From NCBI RefSeq assembly GCF_963921235.1, contig NC_086108.1, forward strand, positions 41,046,001 through 41,110,000: DNA of 64,000 nt. The letters are read 5' to 3'. This document shows, piece after piece, positions 37,871-50,175 of the stretch (position 1 is its first letter; each line of letters begins with the position of its first letter). Under the pieces are notes generated by a model, which saw only the letters and a list, made by a program, of their open reading frames with translations, was not told where the DNA came from and made no database searches. A program made the translations under genes and the position numbers. This DNA comes from Mobula hypostoma (lineage: Eukaryota).

Positions 37871-38600
37871 GAGGAGACAGCAGAAGATAGTGTTCAAAAG
37901 AACAGCAACTCCTTTGCTTGCATCTTCGGAAACAGCTCTATTTCCATCTTTAATGTCTTTATTTTTCTCTTTCAGGGTTCCTTTGAAGACCCTAACCTGG
38001 AGTTACACGCTGACTTCGGTTATTTGTGGGAATGGGACCCGCTTGCGGGGTTTCAGGACCAGCCAACGTTCGGCAAAACAAGGGTTATGCCTGAGAGGCG
38101 GCCTAGTGTTTGGAAGCCTAAGATTTTGGGGCTCTGGAGACGGGCGGATCGAGGGTCGGTATCACGGCAGGAGACTTGTGTGTTGTTGGGAAGGCCAAAA
38201 AATCTTTCGCTGTAGGCCCGAAGACCCAAGATCTGTGCGATCTTCGGGCACAAAGCTCATAAAAAAAAGCAACAAAACAGACTTTTTAATATCATGAACC
38301 AATGGGTTGTTGTTATGTCTCCGGCTCGCAGTGAAAATGGGGGACACCCCTCTCTCCCTTATTAGGGAGGGAGAGAACCTGTGGGTTGCCGAATGCCAGA
38401 TGAAATGTCATAGTCTTTGGGGTAACTGCAAGAGCTGTGTCCTTGCTATCGCTTAGCTCACACTTGTGCTCAGTAACGGGTGTGCTTTTTGTTTTGCAGG
38501 TGGGGGGAGGGGGTTTTCGTGGATGTTTTGCGAAGAAAAAGCATTTCAGGATGTATATTGTATACATTTCTCTGATATTAAATTGAACCTTTGAACCTTT
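37871..38600 (+). mobile_element. Non-coding retroposon with AAGATGG-like head and (ttgaacct)n tail
   Basis: Starts agaagatagtg; ends attaaattgaacctttgaaccttt; no TE ORF. Confidence 0.65.
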
Positions 38601-39428
38601 GGGGGCTGGGGGTGCAGGGAAGACAGTCAGAATATTCTGAGCACCATGTTCCAGAGGAAATGTTGGATTGTGCATAATTAGGCGCTTGGCGAGGGCCAAT
38701 AAAAAGAAATTATCTTTAAGTGGAGTGGCCATTGTGTTAGTGGGCCAGTGTTTAGAGTGGGGAGTTCAGGTTTTGGCTCAGAGAGAATTCAGTGAGGACA
38801 GGCAGTGACTGTAGGTGGAATCTTTTGTTTAATTTTTCTTTCTTTCTTTCTTATTGCACAGTTAGACCAGTGGAGATGCCAGGCAGGATAATGGAATGCT
38901 CCTCTTGCTGGATGTGTGAAGGCAGGGAGATCTCCAGTGACCCTGATGACTACACCTGCGAGAAGTGCAAACCAGCTGCAGCTTTTTCCAGACCATGTTA
39001 AGTAATTGGAGCTGGAACTGGATGAACTTCGGGTCATCTGGGAGGCTGATGGGTTGATTGACAGGAATTACACTGAGGTAGTTACGCTCAAGGTGCAGAA
39101 CACATGTCACCGTGTGACTGTCAGGAGAGGGAAAGGGGATAGGCAGCCAATGCAAGTTACCCTGGCGGCTGTTTTCCTCAACAAAAGGTATACTGTTTAG
39201 TATATTGTTGGGAGGATGACCTAGCAGAGGAAAGCCACAATGGTCAGATCTCTGGAACTGAGTATGGTTCTGTCTAAGAAGGAAAGGGGGTAGAAGAGGT
39301 GAACTGTAGTGATAGATGATTCATTAGTTAGGGGAAAAGGCGGGAGGTTCTGTGGGTGAGAACGAGATTCCTGGATGGTATGTTGTCACCCAGGTGCCAG
39401 TGTCTGGGACATCATGGATTGAGTCTGC

Positions 39429-42400
39429 AAAAGTAAAAAAGACCCTGATGGAAATTACTTACAGGCCTCCGAATAGCAGCCAGGATATGGGCTACAAATT
39501 ACAATGCGAGATATAAAAGGAATGCAAAAAGGACAATGCTACGATAGTCATGGGGGATTCAAAATGTAGATAGTTTGGGAAAATCAGGTTGGTGTTGGAT
39601 CCCAAGAGATGGAATTTGTAGAACGCCAACAGGATTGCTTTTTAGAGCAGCCTGTTGTTAAGCCCATTTGGGGAAAGGGAATTCTGTATCGAGTGTTGTG
39701 AAGTGAACCAAATTTGTTTAGAGAGCGGTGTAAATATATTTTATTTGTAGTAACAAAATGGCACTTTTTGTCTGTAACAAAATGAAACCTGTATTGTACC
39801 AGAGTGCTTTGCTTATAGTGTTTATGCAACATTATGCAATGAAACCTGACTCCTCGACAAACTGCAAAAGGAAAAGTAGACTTGGTTGGTGGAAGAATAC
39901 CAAGTACACTGATGAAGCAGATGATCAGAATCCTGTCCTTGAAATAAGGCCAGACTTGTGTATAAAGGAGTGACAGTGCTGTCAGTTTATTTGAAGTTAT
40001 CACAGGCTCTTGAGCAGTGCTAGTCTTCCCTTGCTGCAAATAAAATAAACATACCTATGATTGATCCACTCCTAGTTATCTAGTGTTTATTATAAGATGT
40101 AGCAAAAAGGTGCTCAAGAAAGATAAAGAAACCCTAAGGAGGCAGTAATCATAATATGATAGAATTCACCCTGCAGTTTGAGACAAGAAGCTAAAGTCAG
40201 ATGTCTCAGTACTACAGTGGAGTAAAGGAAATTACGGAGGCATGATTAAGAGGCTGGCAAAAGTTGATTGACAGGGAGCAATGGCAGGGATGATGGTAGA
40301 ACAGCAATGGCTGGAGTTTCTGGGAGCAATTTTGAGTCATAGCATAAGTAAATCCCAAAGATGAAGAGATATTTGAAAGGGAGAATGACCAAGCATGGCT
40401 GACCAGGGAAGTCAAAGACAGCATAAACAAACAAAAAGATAGCATATAATAGAGCTAAAATTAGTGGGAAGTTAGAAGATTGGAAAGCTTTTAAAAATCA
40501 ACAATAGAAACAGAAAGACCTAAGGAGAGAAAAGATGAAATAAGAAAGTAAGATAGCCAATAATATAAAACAGGATACCAAAATATTTTTCAGATATATA
40601 AAGAGTAAGAGGTGAGAATGGATATCAGACTGCTGGAAAATAAAGCTGGAGAGGTAGTATTCGAGGACAAAGGAACAATGGGCAAACTTAATAAGTATTT
40701 TGCATTAGTCTTCACCATGGAAGACACTATTTTTGGCAATATGCCAGAAATTTGAGAGTGTCAGGAGGTAGAAGTGAGTGTAGTAGCTATTATTAAGGAA
40801 AAGGTGCTTGGGAAGCTGAGACGTCTGAAGGTAGATAATTCACCTGGACCAGATGGACTACTCCCCAAGGTTCTGAAAGAGTTAACTGGAGAGATTGTGG
40901 AGGCATTAGCAATGATCTTTCATGAATGACTAGAGTCTGCAATGGTTCCAGAGGACTCAAAAACTGCAAATGTCACTCCACTCCTTAAGAAGGGAGGGAG
41001 AATGAGGAAAGGAAATTATGGGCCAGTTAGCTTGACTTCAGTGGTTGGGAAGATGTTGGAGTCTGTCTAACATGGACTCACCCTGCAGTTTGAGAGAGAA
41101 ATGCTGAAGTCAGGTGTTTTGGGATTACAGTGGAGTAAAGGGAATTACAGAGGCGTGAGAGATGTTGGAGTCCATTATTAAGGTAAAAGGTTTCAGTGTA
41201 CATGGAGGTACATAATAAAATAAGCCAAAGTCAGCATGTTTCCCTTAAGGGGAAATCTTGCTTGACAAATCTGTTGGAATTCTTTGAGGAAATAACAACC
41301 AGGATAGACAAAGGAGAGTCAGTGAATGTTGTTTATTTAAATTTTCAAAAGACCTTTGACAAGGTGCTGCACACAAGGCTACTTAACAAAATAGGTGCCA
41401 CAGTATTACAGGAAGATTGGCCGGCTGGCAGGAGGCAAAGACTGGGAATAAAGGGGGCCTTTTCTGGTTGGCTGGCAGTGACCAGTGATGTTCAGCAGGG
41501 TTCTGCATTGGAACTGCAGCTTTTATGTTATATGTCAATGATTTGGATGACAGAATTGATGGATTTGTGGCCAGTTTTCCAGAGATACAAAAATAAGTGG
41601 CAGGCAGTTTGTGTTGAGGAAGCAGACAATTTGCAGAAGGACATAGACAGATTGGGAGAATGGACAAAGAAGTGGCAGATGGAACATGGTGTATGGTCAT
41701 GCATTTTGGTAGAAGGAATAAAGACAGAGACTATTTTATAAATGGGGAGAAAACGCAAAAATCCATGGACCAAAGGAACTTGGGAGTCCTCATGCAAGAT
41801 TCCCTAAATGTTAACTTGCAAGTTGAGTCAGTGGTAAGGAAGGCCAATGCAATGTTAGTATTCTTTTTGAGAAGACTAGAATATAAAAGCACAGATGTTC
41901 GACTGAAGCTTTACAAGGCATTGGTCAAATTGCATTTGAAGTATTGTGAGCAGTTTTGGGCCTCTTATCTAAGATAAGATGTGTTGACATTGGAGAGGGT
42001 CCAGAGGAGGTTCATGAGAATGATATCAAGAATGAAAGGGTTAATGTCTGAGGAGTGTTTGATGGCTCTGAGCCTATACTTGCTGGAGTTTAAAAGAATG
42101 AGGTGGGAACTCATTGAAGCCTATCAAATTTGGAAAGGCCTAAATAGAGTGGATGTGGCGAGGATGCTTTCTATAGTGGGGGAGTCTAGGACTAGAGGGC
42201 ACAGCTTCAGAATAGAAGGATGTCCATTTAGACCAGTGATGAGGAGGAATTTCTTTAATTAGGTGGAATTCAATGCCACAGATGTCTGTACAAGCCAAGT
42301 TATTGGGTATATTTAATGTGGAATTTGACAGGTTCTTGTTTAGTCAGTGAGTCAAATTTACAGGCAAAAGGAACGAGAATGGGGTTGGGAGGGATAATAA

Positions 42401-42488
42401 ATCAGCCATGATGGAATGATGGAGCAGACACAATGGGCTGAATGGCCTAATTCTGCTCCTATGTCTTATGGACTTATGGTCTCTTATG
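39429..42488 (+). mobile_element. Second CR1 subfamily (APE-RT-3'UTR) inserted into ORF1 of the host CR1
   Basis: ORFs 41196-42262 (LTNLLEFFEE, HLKYCEQFW); tail tatgtcttatggacttatggtct similar to the 4483-5481 family. Confidence 0.9.
39729..40116 (+). mobile_element. Probable solo LTR
   Basis: Interrupts the CR1 APE region; TG...CA ends, TATAAA at 39961, AATAAA at 40039; no clean TSD, right end uncertain. Confidence 0.55.
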
Positions 42489-43520
42489 GAGGACGCAGTA
42501 TTTTTAAGTGTGAGGTCGTGGTTCACATTGGTATCCATGACATGAGTAAAAAGGGTGGCGAGGTCTTGCAAAGTGTGTTCAAGGAATAAGGTACTAAGTT
42601 AAAGAACAGGACTTCCAGGGTAGTGATCTTAAGATTGCTACCCATGCCACATGCTAGTGAGGCCAGAAACAGGAAGATCATACAGTTTAACAAATGACTA
42701 AGGAGATGGTGCAGGAGGGAGGGCTTCAGATTTTTGGATCATCGGTCTCTCTCAGGGAAAGTGGAAACTGCCAAGCCGGGATAGTTTGCACTTGAACTGG
42801 AGGGAGACTACTATCCTAGCAGGATGAGTTGCCAGTGCTGAGCAAGGGGATGGGGACAGAGCGCCAGAACAGATGGTGATGTGATAGTGTAGAAGGATGT
42901 TGTAAGCTGACATACAAAGTCAGGAATCAAAGGTTCGAGCGTGGTGGGACTAATGTTCTGAGTTGTGTATATTTCAATGCAAAGAGTGTTGTAGGAAAGG
43001 TTAACGAGCTTAGTGCATGGATTAGTACGTAGAATTATTACATTGTAGCCATTAGTAATATTTGTTTGCAGAAGGGGCAGGACTGGCAGCTTAATGTTCC
43101 AGCGTTTCAGTGTTTTAAAAGTGATTGAGCAGGAGGGATTAAAGGGGGAGGGGTGGCATTAATTGTCAGGGAAAATGTCACGTCTGTGCACAGACGGGAC
43201 AAACTGGAAAGCTGGTCTACTGAGGTTATATGGGTGAAACTGAGAAATAAGAAAGGGATGGCCATGTTAATGGGATTATATTACAGAGCACAGGATTTAG
43301 AGGAGCAAATTTGTAGAAAAATCACAGACTGTTGCAAGAAACACAAGTTTGTGATAGTAGGTGATTAGAACTTTCTACATATTGACTGAGTCTCACATAA
43401 TTTAAAGGGCTGGATGGAAGAGAATTTGTCAAATATGTTCAGGAGTGTTTCCTTAATCAGTACATGGAGATCCCAACTAGAGAGAGTGAGATACTAGTTC
43501 TCTTATTGAGGAATGAGATA

Positions 43521-44456
43521 CTTTATACTTTATTGTCGCCAAACAATTGATACTAGAGTGTACTATCATCACAGCGAACACGAGAAATTCTGCAGATGCT
43601 GGAAATTCAAGCAACACAACTCAAAGTTGCTGGTGATCATCAAAGCGATATTTGATTCTGCGCTTTGCGCTCCCTGGAGTACAAATTGAAAGTAAATATT
43701 AAAAATTTAAATTATAATTCATAAATAGAAAATAGAAAAGGGAAAGTAAGGTAGTGCAAAAAAACTGAGAGGCAGGTCTGGATATTTGGAGAGTACCGCC
43801 CAGATCCGGGTCAGGATCTGTTCAGCAGTCTTATCACAGTTGGAAAGGAGCTGTTCCCAAATCTGGCCATACGAGTCTTCAAACTCCTGAGCCTTCTCCC
43901 GGAGGGAAGAGGGACGAAAATTGTGTTGGCTTGGTGGGTCGTGTCCTTGATTATCCTGGCAGCACTGTTCTGACAGCGTGCGGTGTAAAGTGAGTCCAAG
44001 GACGGAAGATTGGTTTGTGTGATGTGCTGGGCTGTGTTCACGATCTTCTGCAGCTTCTTTCGGTCTTGGACAGGACAACTTCCATACCAGGTTGTGATGC
44101 ACCCTAGAAAAATGTTTTCTACGGTGCATCTATAAAAATTAGTGTGGGTTTTAGGGGACAGGCCAAATTTCTTTAGCTTTCTCAGAAAGTAAAAGTGCTG
44201 GTGGGCCTTCTTGGCAGTGAACTCTGCTTGGTTGGACCAAGTCAGGTCATTTGTGATATTGACCCCGAGGAACTTAAAGCTTTTGACCTGTTCCACTGAT
44301 GCACCGCTGATGTAAATGAGGTCGTGCGGTCCGCTACTCCTTCTGAAGTCAACAACCAACTGCTTCGTCTTGCTGACATTGAGGGATAGGTTATTATCTT
44401 CACTCCATGCCACCAGGTTCTTAATTTCCTCTCTGTACTCAAACTCATCATTACCC
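43521..44456 (-). mobile_element. Young Rex1/Babar 3' fragment
   Basis: ORF 43811-44503 (NNLSLNVSKTK, FKFLG, FYRCTVE); TSD gagata at 43515-43520 and 44457-44462. Confidence 0.95.
43578..43635 (-). mobile_element. 58-bp PLE terminal stub inside the Rex1 3'UTR
   Basis: Matches 5940-5998; TSD atcatca(c/a)agcga at 43565-43577 and 43636-43648. Confidence 0.88.
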
Positions 44457-45081
44457 GAGATAGAGCAAGTGACAGAAGTTTGTATAAGGAAAAAAAATTG
44501 CATCTTGTAATCATAATGCCATAAGCTTGAAGATAAATGGGGAGCAGGATAGGTCTGGTCCTTGGGTTGAGATTCTAAATTGGAGAAAGGCCAACTATAA
44601 TGGTGTCAAAAAATATCTGGCAAGTGTGGATTGGGATAGGCTGCTTTCTGGCAGGTGGAAGGAAGGCCTTGAAAGTGAAATTTTGAGAGTACAGAGTTTG
44701 TATGTTCCTGTCATAATAAAAAGCAAAGACAACAGATTTTGGGAACCTTGTTTTTCAAGAGATATTGAGGGCCTGGTTAAGGAAGAGAAGGTGGTGCATA
44801 GCAGGTATAGGCAGAAAAGAGCAAATAAGGTACTCAGGAGTATAAGAAATGCAAGACAACACTTAAGAGGGAAATCAAGCAGGCTAAAAGAAGGCAGGAT
44901 GTTGCTCTAAAAGACAAAGTGAAGGATAGTCCCAAGGGATTCTACCTATATATTAAGAACAAAAAGATAGCAAGAAACAAAACTGGTCCTCTGGAAGATG
45001 AACGTGGTCATCTGTGCATGGAGCTGAAAGAGATTGGAGAGATTCCAAATAGATTTTTTTTGCATCTGTATTTACTTAGGA

Positions 45082-45331
45082 CAGTGGTCCCCAACCTCCG
45101 GGCCGCAGACCGATACCGATCCGCGAAGCATGCAGGAGTGCAGCGGTAGCCAGAATGCACCCAGGCCTCTGATCTGGGCCGACATTTACGTGCTGGGTGG
45201 CACCTAATTAATTAGCTTGTTTATTTTGGCTTTTTTCTTAAAGATATGCTGGGTGCATTCTGGCTACCACGGCACCCCTGCATGCTTCACAGATTGGTAT
45301 TGGTCCGCAGCCCGGAGGTTGGGGACCACTG
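45082..45331. mobile_element. hAT (Charlie-like) MITE
   Basis: Long TIRs cagtggtccccaacctccggg / cccggaggttggggaccactg; 8-bp TSD acttagga at 45074-45081 and 45332-45339. Confidence 0.95.
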
Positions 45332-46788
45332 ACTTAGGAGACAGACACAGAGTCCATAGAAGAGAGGCAAAGTAGCAGTGAAGTCATGGACCATACACAG
45401 ATTACAGAGGAGGAATTGATTGCTGTCTTGAGGCAAATTAGGATAAACCCCAGGGCCTCACTAGGTGTTCCCTTGGACCTGCGAAAGGCTAGTGTATTAA
45501 TTGCAGGGTCTCGAGCAGAGATATTTAAAATATACTTAGCACGGGTGAGGTCCTGGAGACTTGAAGGGCAGCTAATGTTGTTCCATTGTTTAAGAAAGGA
45601 TCTAAAAGTAAGCCGGGAAGTTATAGGCAGGTGAGACTGACATCAGTAGTGGGTAAGTGATTGGAAGGTATTCTAAGGGAATGGATATATAAATATTTGG
45701 ATAGGTGGGGATTTATTAGGATCACCAAAATGGTTTTGTGTGTGCAGGCTGTGTCTTACCAATCTTACAGAGTTTTTCGAGGAAGTTACCAGGAAAGTTG
45801 ATGAAGGCAAGGCAGTGGATGCTGTCTACATGGACCTGAGCAAGATTTTTGTCAAGGTCTTGTATGGGACGTTGGTCACGAAGATTCAGACACTTGGCGT
45901 TCAAGATGAGGTAGTAAATTTGATTAGACATTAGCTTTGTTGGAGAAGCCAGAGAGTGGTAGCAGATGGTTGCTTCTCAGACTGGAGGCCTGTGAGTAGT
46001 GGTGTGCTGCATGGATCAATGCTGGTTCTGTTGTAGTTTGTTATCTACATCACGATCTCAATGATAATGTGATAAACTGGATCCACAAATTTGTGGATGA
46101 CCCCAAGATCGGGAGTGTAGTGGACAGCAAAGCAGGCAATCAAAGCTTGCAGCAGGATCTCGGCCAGCTGGAAAAATGGCAGATGGAATTTAATGCAGGC
46201 AAGTGTGAAATATTGCACTTTAGATGGGCAAACCAGGACTTACATGTTGAGCAGTACATCACTACAGATGGCAACAGAACAGATTAATCTGGGAATGCAG
46301 GTCCAAAATTCCTTGAAAGTAGTGTCACGAATAGACAGGGCTGTAAAGAGAGCTTTTTAGGAGATTGGCCATCATAAGTCAAATTATTGAGTACCAAAGT
46401 TGTGGTGTTAAAGTTGTATAAAAAGTTGGTGAGGCCTAGTTTGAAGTATTATGAGTAGTTTTGGTCACCTACCTACAGGAAAGATATCAATAAGATTGAA
46501 AGAATTCTGTGAACTTTTACAAGGAAGTTACCAGGACTTGAGGACCTGAGTTATAAGTAAAGATTGAATAGGTTAGGGCTTTATTTCTTGGAACTTAAAA
46601 GACTGAGAGGAGATTTAATAAAGGTATACAAAATTTTCAGGGTATAGATAGGGTAGCAGACTTTTTCACTGAGGTTGCATGAGACTAAAAGTAGAAGTCA
46701 TGGGTTAAGGGTGAAAGGTGAAGTGTTTAAGGACAACACGAGGGGGAATTTCTTCACTCAGAGGATGGTGAGAGTGTGGATCAAGCTG

Positions 46789-47528
46789 AGCTTCAAGTTC
46801 AAGTTTAATTGTCATTCAGTCATACACATGAATACAGCTAAACGAAACAGTGTTCCTCCAGGGCCTAAGTGCCAAAACATTGTACCAATATAGCACACAG
46901 CACATATACCACATCCACGTCTGTAGCAGGAAACACATACGTTCCAAAAAAAAATAGCCCAAGTCTCTGAGTATCATGACCTACAGATTGATGGTGCATG
47001 GGATGTTGTCCTGGAGCCCTGTTTCTGCAAGAACAAGCATGCAGTGTTCCTCATCACGCACTAGTGCAGCCACAGATGAATGCAATCCAACTTGCCTATC
47101 ACCGAGTGAACACTGGCGGGAAGCCGCCAACCCAGCATGGACTCCAGCTCTCTTTCGCATCACCTCCCCGCACAATAAATGAGGCTGTGCAGCTCCCCTG
47201 CCGTCGGTCTCACAGTGAACCAGACTTGCAGTATTCGACGTTAAGGGTCTTGCAATCACATCCAAGACAATCATTTACAGTTTGTTGGGCCATGCACCAC
47301 CTCCACCGCCTTCCTCCTTGGATGGCTGTAGCAGGTGGCAACATGAAATGCAACAAGTCCATCTCCACTGCCATCTAGCAGCTCACCAGTGGGACAGTCC
47401 TGCAGCACCTGATGTTCTCAATATCCAGCACTGTCTTGCGATCACAAGAAAGATGCAAAGTACGAACAATTACACCTTTGTTTAGACCCAGAGAGGCTCC
47501 TGCAACCAAGTGTGTCACTTCTTACCAG
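46789..47528 (-). mobile_element. Internally deleted Rex1/Babar derivative
   Basis: ORF 46981-47274 RKRAGVHA...VLAETGLQDNIP (APE N-terminus) runs almost directly into a (cttgaa)n tail; TSD agctg at 46784-46788 and 47529-47533. Confidence 0.75.
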
Positions 47529-48886
47529 AGCTGCCAGCGGAAGTGGTGTTGATTTCAACATTTAAGAGAAATTTTGGTAAGTAAATGGATGGCATGTTCC
47601 ACGTGCAGATCGATGGGACTAAGCAGATTAATATTTCAGCGCAAACTAAATGAACCAAAGGGCCTGTTTCTGTTTTATAAACTTTTGTGAGAGGTGTCAG
47701 TGAAACCACCCTACAGTAGATGTAGATTACAGTTTGAATCCCGTGGCAGGAAACTGCTGCAGTCGGCTGATGCTGGGGGGAGTGAAGTGGTCTCAAAATG
47801 GACAAATCTATCATTCTTAATGTAGTTTTACCTCACTCTTCCTGTAACAATTCTCTTTTTCCATTTTTATGTGTTGTTATTAATGAACCACAAACCGGTG
47901 ATAATCTGACATATCATGCATTTAAGTCTATTATATATTCAAAGGTTATAATTAAGCTTTAGACATCTGCCAGCAGTCTGGAGACCTATTGATAATGATA
48001 TACTATTTATATCCTTTATGGTTTGATAATTTGTAGGTTTGAGTTAATCCTTGCGTTCAACCTTTCTTTGATCAGAATAAAATTTGTTTTATTTTCTTCA
48101 GACATTGCTTACGTATCTGGTGATCTTAATGTAATTCTTGGACCACTTGGCTACATTTTTAATTCAAAGCTGTTCTTTGTATAGATTTCAATGCATAACG
48201 CACCACTGCAACAGAATACGAGAGACGGAAAGGCTTTATTTGTTGAGAAAGTACTGAATGAATTGTAATTGTAAGGTGACACAGTATTAAACTGCCCACA
48301 TTGGGAGGAACACAATAATATTTTCATTGGAAACTAATGCGGAGCTTGATTTACACCAAAAATCCTTTTGCTTGCATTTACAAAATAAACTACATTTGAA
48401 TCCATGCAAGAGAGGTTTTGTTATCGTTATGTGTATTTTGGAAAATGTGTGTTAGAATAACAATTCTGGTTTTATCAAAGATGTCTGTTTAATCTTTGTT
48501 GAGGTCTCTCACGTTTGCATTGCTTCCATTATATGTGAAAACATTCTGAACCACTCATTAGGTCTATTGGGTGGAATTTATTTGAATTGCAGTGCAGCAA
48601 TGAATGATTAGAACCACTGGTCTCCACTTACAGACATCTCTTCCACCCTGCTGCACCTAACATAATCAGCATATAGTCTATGGGCTTATTTTGCTTCTAA
48701 CTTCCACCTTCCCCTAAATTTACTTGGTCAATTTCTGACACCTCCCTCCCCTTTCTCAATTCTCTGTATCCATCATGGAGACAAATTGTCAACCGACATC
48801 TTTAATAAACCTTCTGATTCCCACGGTTTTCTTGACTCTATCTCTTCCTACCCTGTCCCCTGTAAAAATGGTATTCTCTTTTCTCA

Positions 48887-49114
48887 AACACCAGGAAATC
48901 TGCAGATGCTGGAATTTCAAGCAACACACATAAAAGTTGCTGGTGAACGCAGCAGGCCAGGCAGCATCTCTAGGAAGAGGTACAGTCGATGTCTCTTACT
49001 AGCTCTTCTCTCAGTTAGTCCTAACGAAGGGTCTCGGCCCGAAACGTCGACTGTACCTCTTCTTATAGATGCTGTCTGGCCTGCTGCGTTCACCAGCAAC
49101 TTTTATGTGTGTTG
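48887..49114 (-). mobile_element. Palindromic mini-PLE nested in a PLE
   Basis: Same family as 5940-6155; perfect 14-bp TSD attctcttttctca at 48873-48886 and 49115-49128. Confidence 0.93.
49016..49053 (+). ncRNA. Hammerhead motif with core mutation (CUGA to CUAA)
   Basis: UAGUC CUAACGA AGGGUCUCGGCCC GAAAC GUC GACUG. Confidence 0.65.
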
Positions 49115-50137
49115 ATTCTCTTTTCTCATTTACTTCGTCTCTGCCCACATCTGTTCCCAGGATGAGGCTTTCTTTCCAGCACATTAGAGGTGTCCTCCTT
49201 CTTCAATGAATGGGCTTTCCTTCTCTCCACCATTGATGTTGTCCTCAGCTGCATCTCCTCCATTTTCCGGCCATCCACACTCACCCCATCTTTCCGCTGC
49301 CTTAACAGTGATAGAGTTCCTCTTGTCCTTACCTCCACACCATGAGCCTTCAAATCCAACACATCATTTTCCGCAATTTCCACCATCTGCAAAGGGATCC
49401 TACCACCAAACATATCTTTATTTCCCCGTGCCACCCCCCACCCCGCTTTCTGCAGGGACACTCCCTCCACAGTCCCCTTGTCCATTTGTCCCTCCACACT
49501 AATCTCCCTACTGGCACTTTACCCTACAATCAGCTGAAGTGCTGCACCTGCCAATTCACCTCCTCACCCAACTCTTTTCAGGGCCTCAAGCAGTTGATCC
49601 AGGTGAGCCAGCAGTTCACCTGCAAATCTGCTGAGGTTGTCTATTGAGTCCGGTGCTCCTGATGCGGCCTCCTCTACATCAGCGAGACCTGCTCTAAATT
49701 GGGGGATTGCTTCACCGGCACCTATTGCCCTATCTGCCAAGTGGACCTTTCTGGTGCCAAGCCCTTTAAGTCCAATTCCCATTCGCATCCCAACATGTTG
49801 GCCCATGGCCTCCTCTTGTGCCAAGATGAGGCCACCCTCAGGGTGGAGGAGTAACACCTTATATTCTGTCTGTGGAGCCTCCAACCTGATGGCATGAATA
49901 TCAATTTTTCTTTCCAGCAAAAGGAAATTCCCTCCCCCTCCCCTTTTCTATTCCCCACTTACCTCTACTCACCTGTCTAAAACCTCTCCCTGGGTCCCCT
50001 CCTCCTTCCCTTTATTGTCGAATCCATTCTTCTCTCCTATCAGATTCCTTCTTCTTCAGACCTTTACCTATCACCTTCTCGCTAGCCTCCTTCCCTGCCC
50101 CCCACCTTTTTATTCTGGCATCTTCCACCTTCCTTCT

Positions 50138-50175
50138 CAGTCCTGAAGAAGGGTTTGGGCCTGAAATGTTGACTG
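50138..50175 (+). ncRNA. Minimal type I hammerhead ribozyme motif in a PLE pLTR
   Basis: CAGUC CUGAAGA AGGGUUUGGGCCU GAAAU GUU GACUG: intact core, perfect 5-bp stem I, NUH site GUU. Confidence 0.7.

Larger units (their letters stand above)
38720..47680 (+). mobile_element. Near-full-length decayed CR1 hosting several nested elements
   Basis: ORF1 ECSSCWM...YTCEKC and ELELDELR; esterase resumes at ~42490; APE near 42960-43500; RT 45400-46700; 3' end aaagggcctgtttctg near 47660. Confidence 0.9.

Noticed and set aside
48101..48183. Strong splice acceptor followed by ~27 open codons
   Set aside because: No convincing donor or protein similarity; expected by chance in AT-rich DNA.
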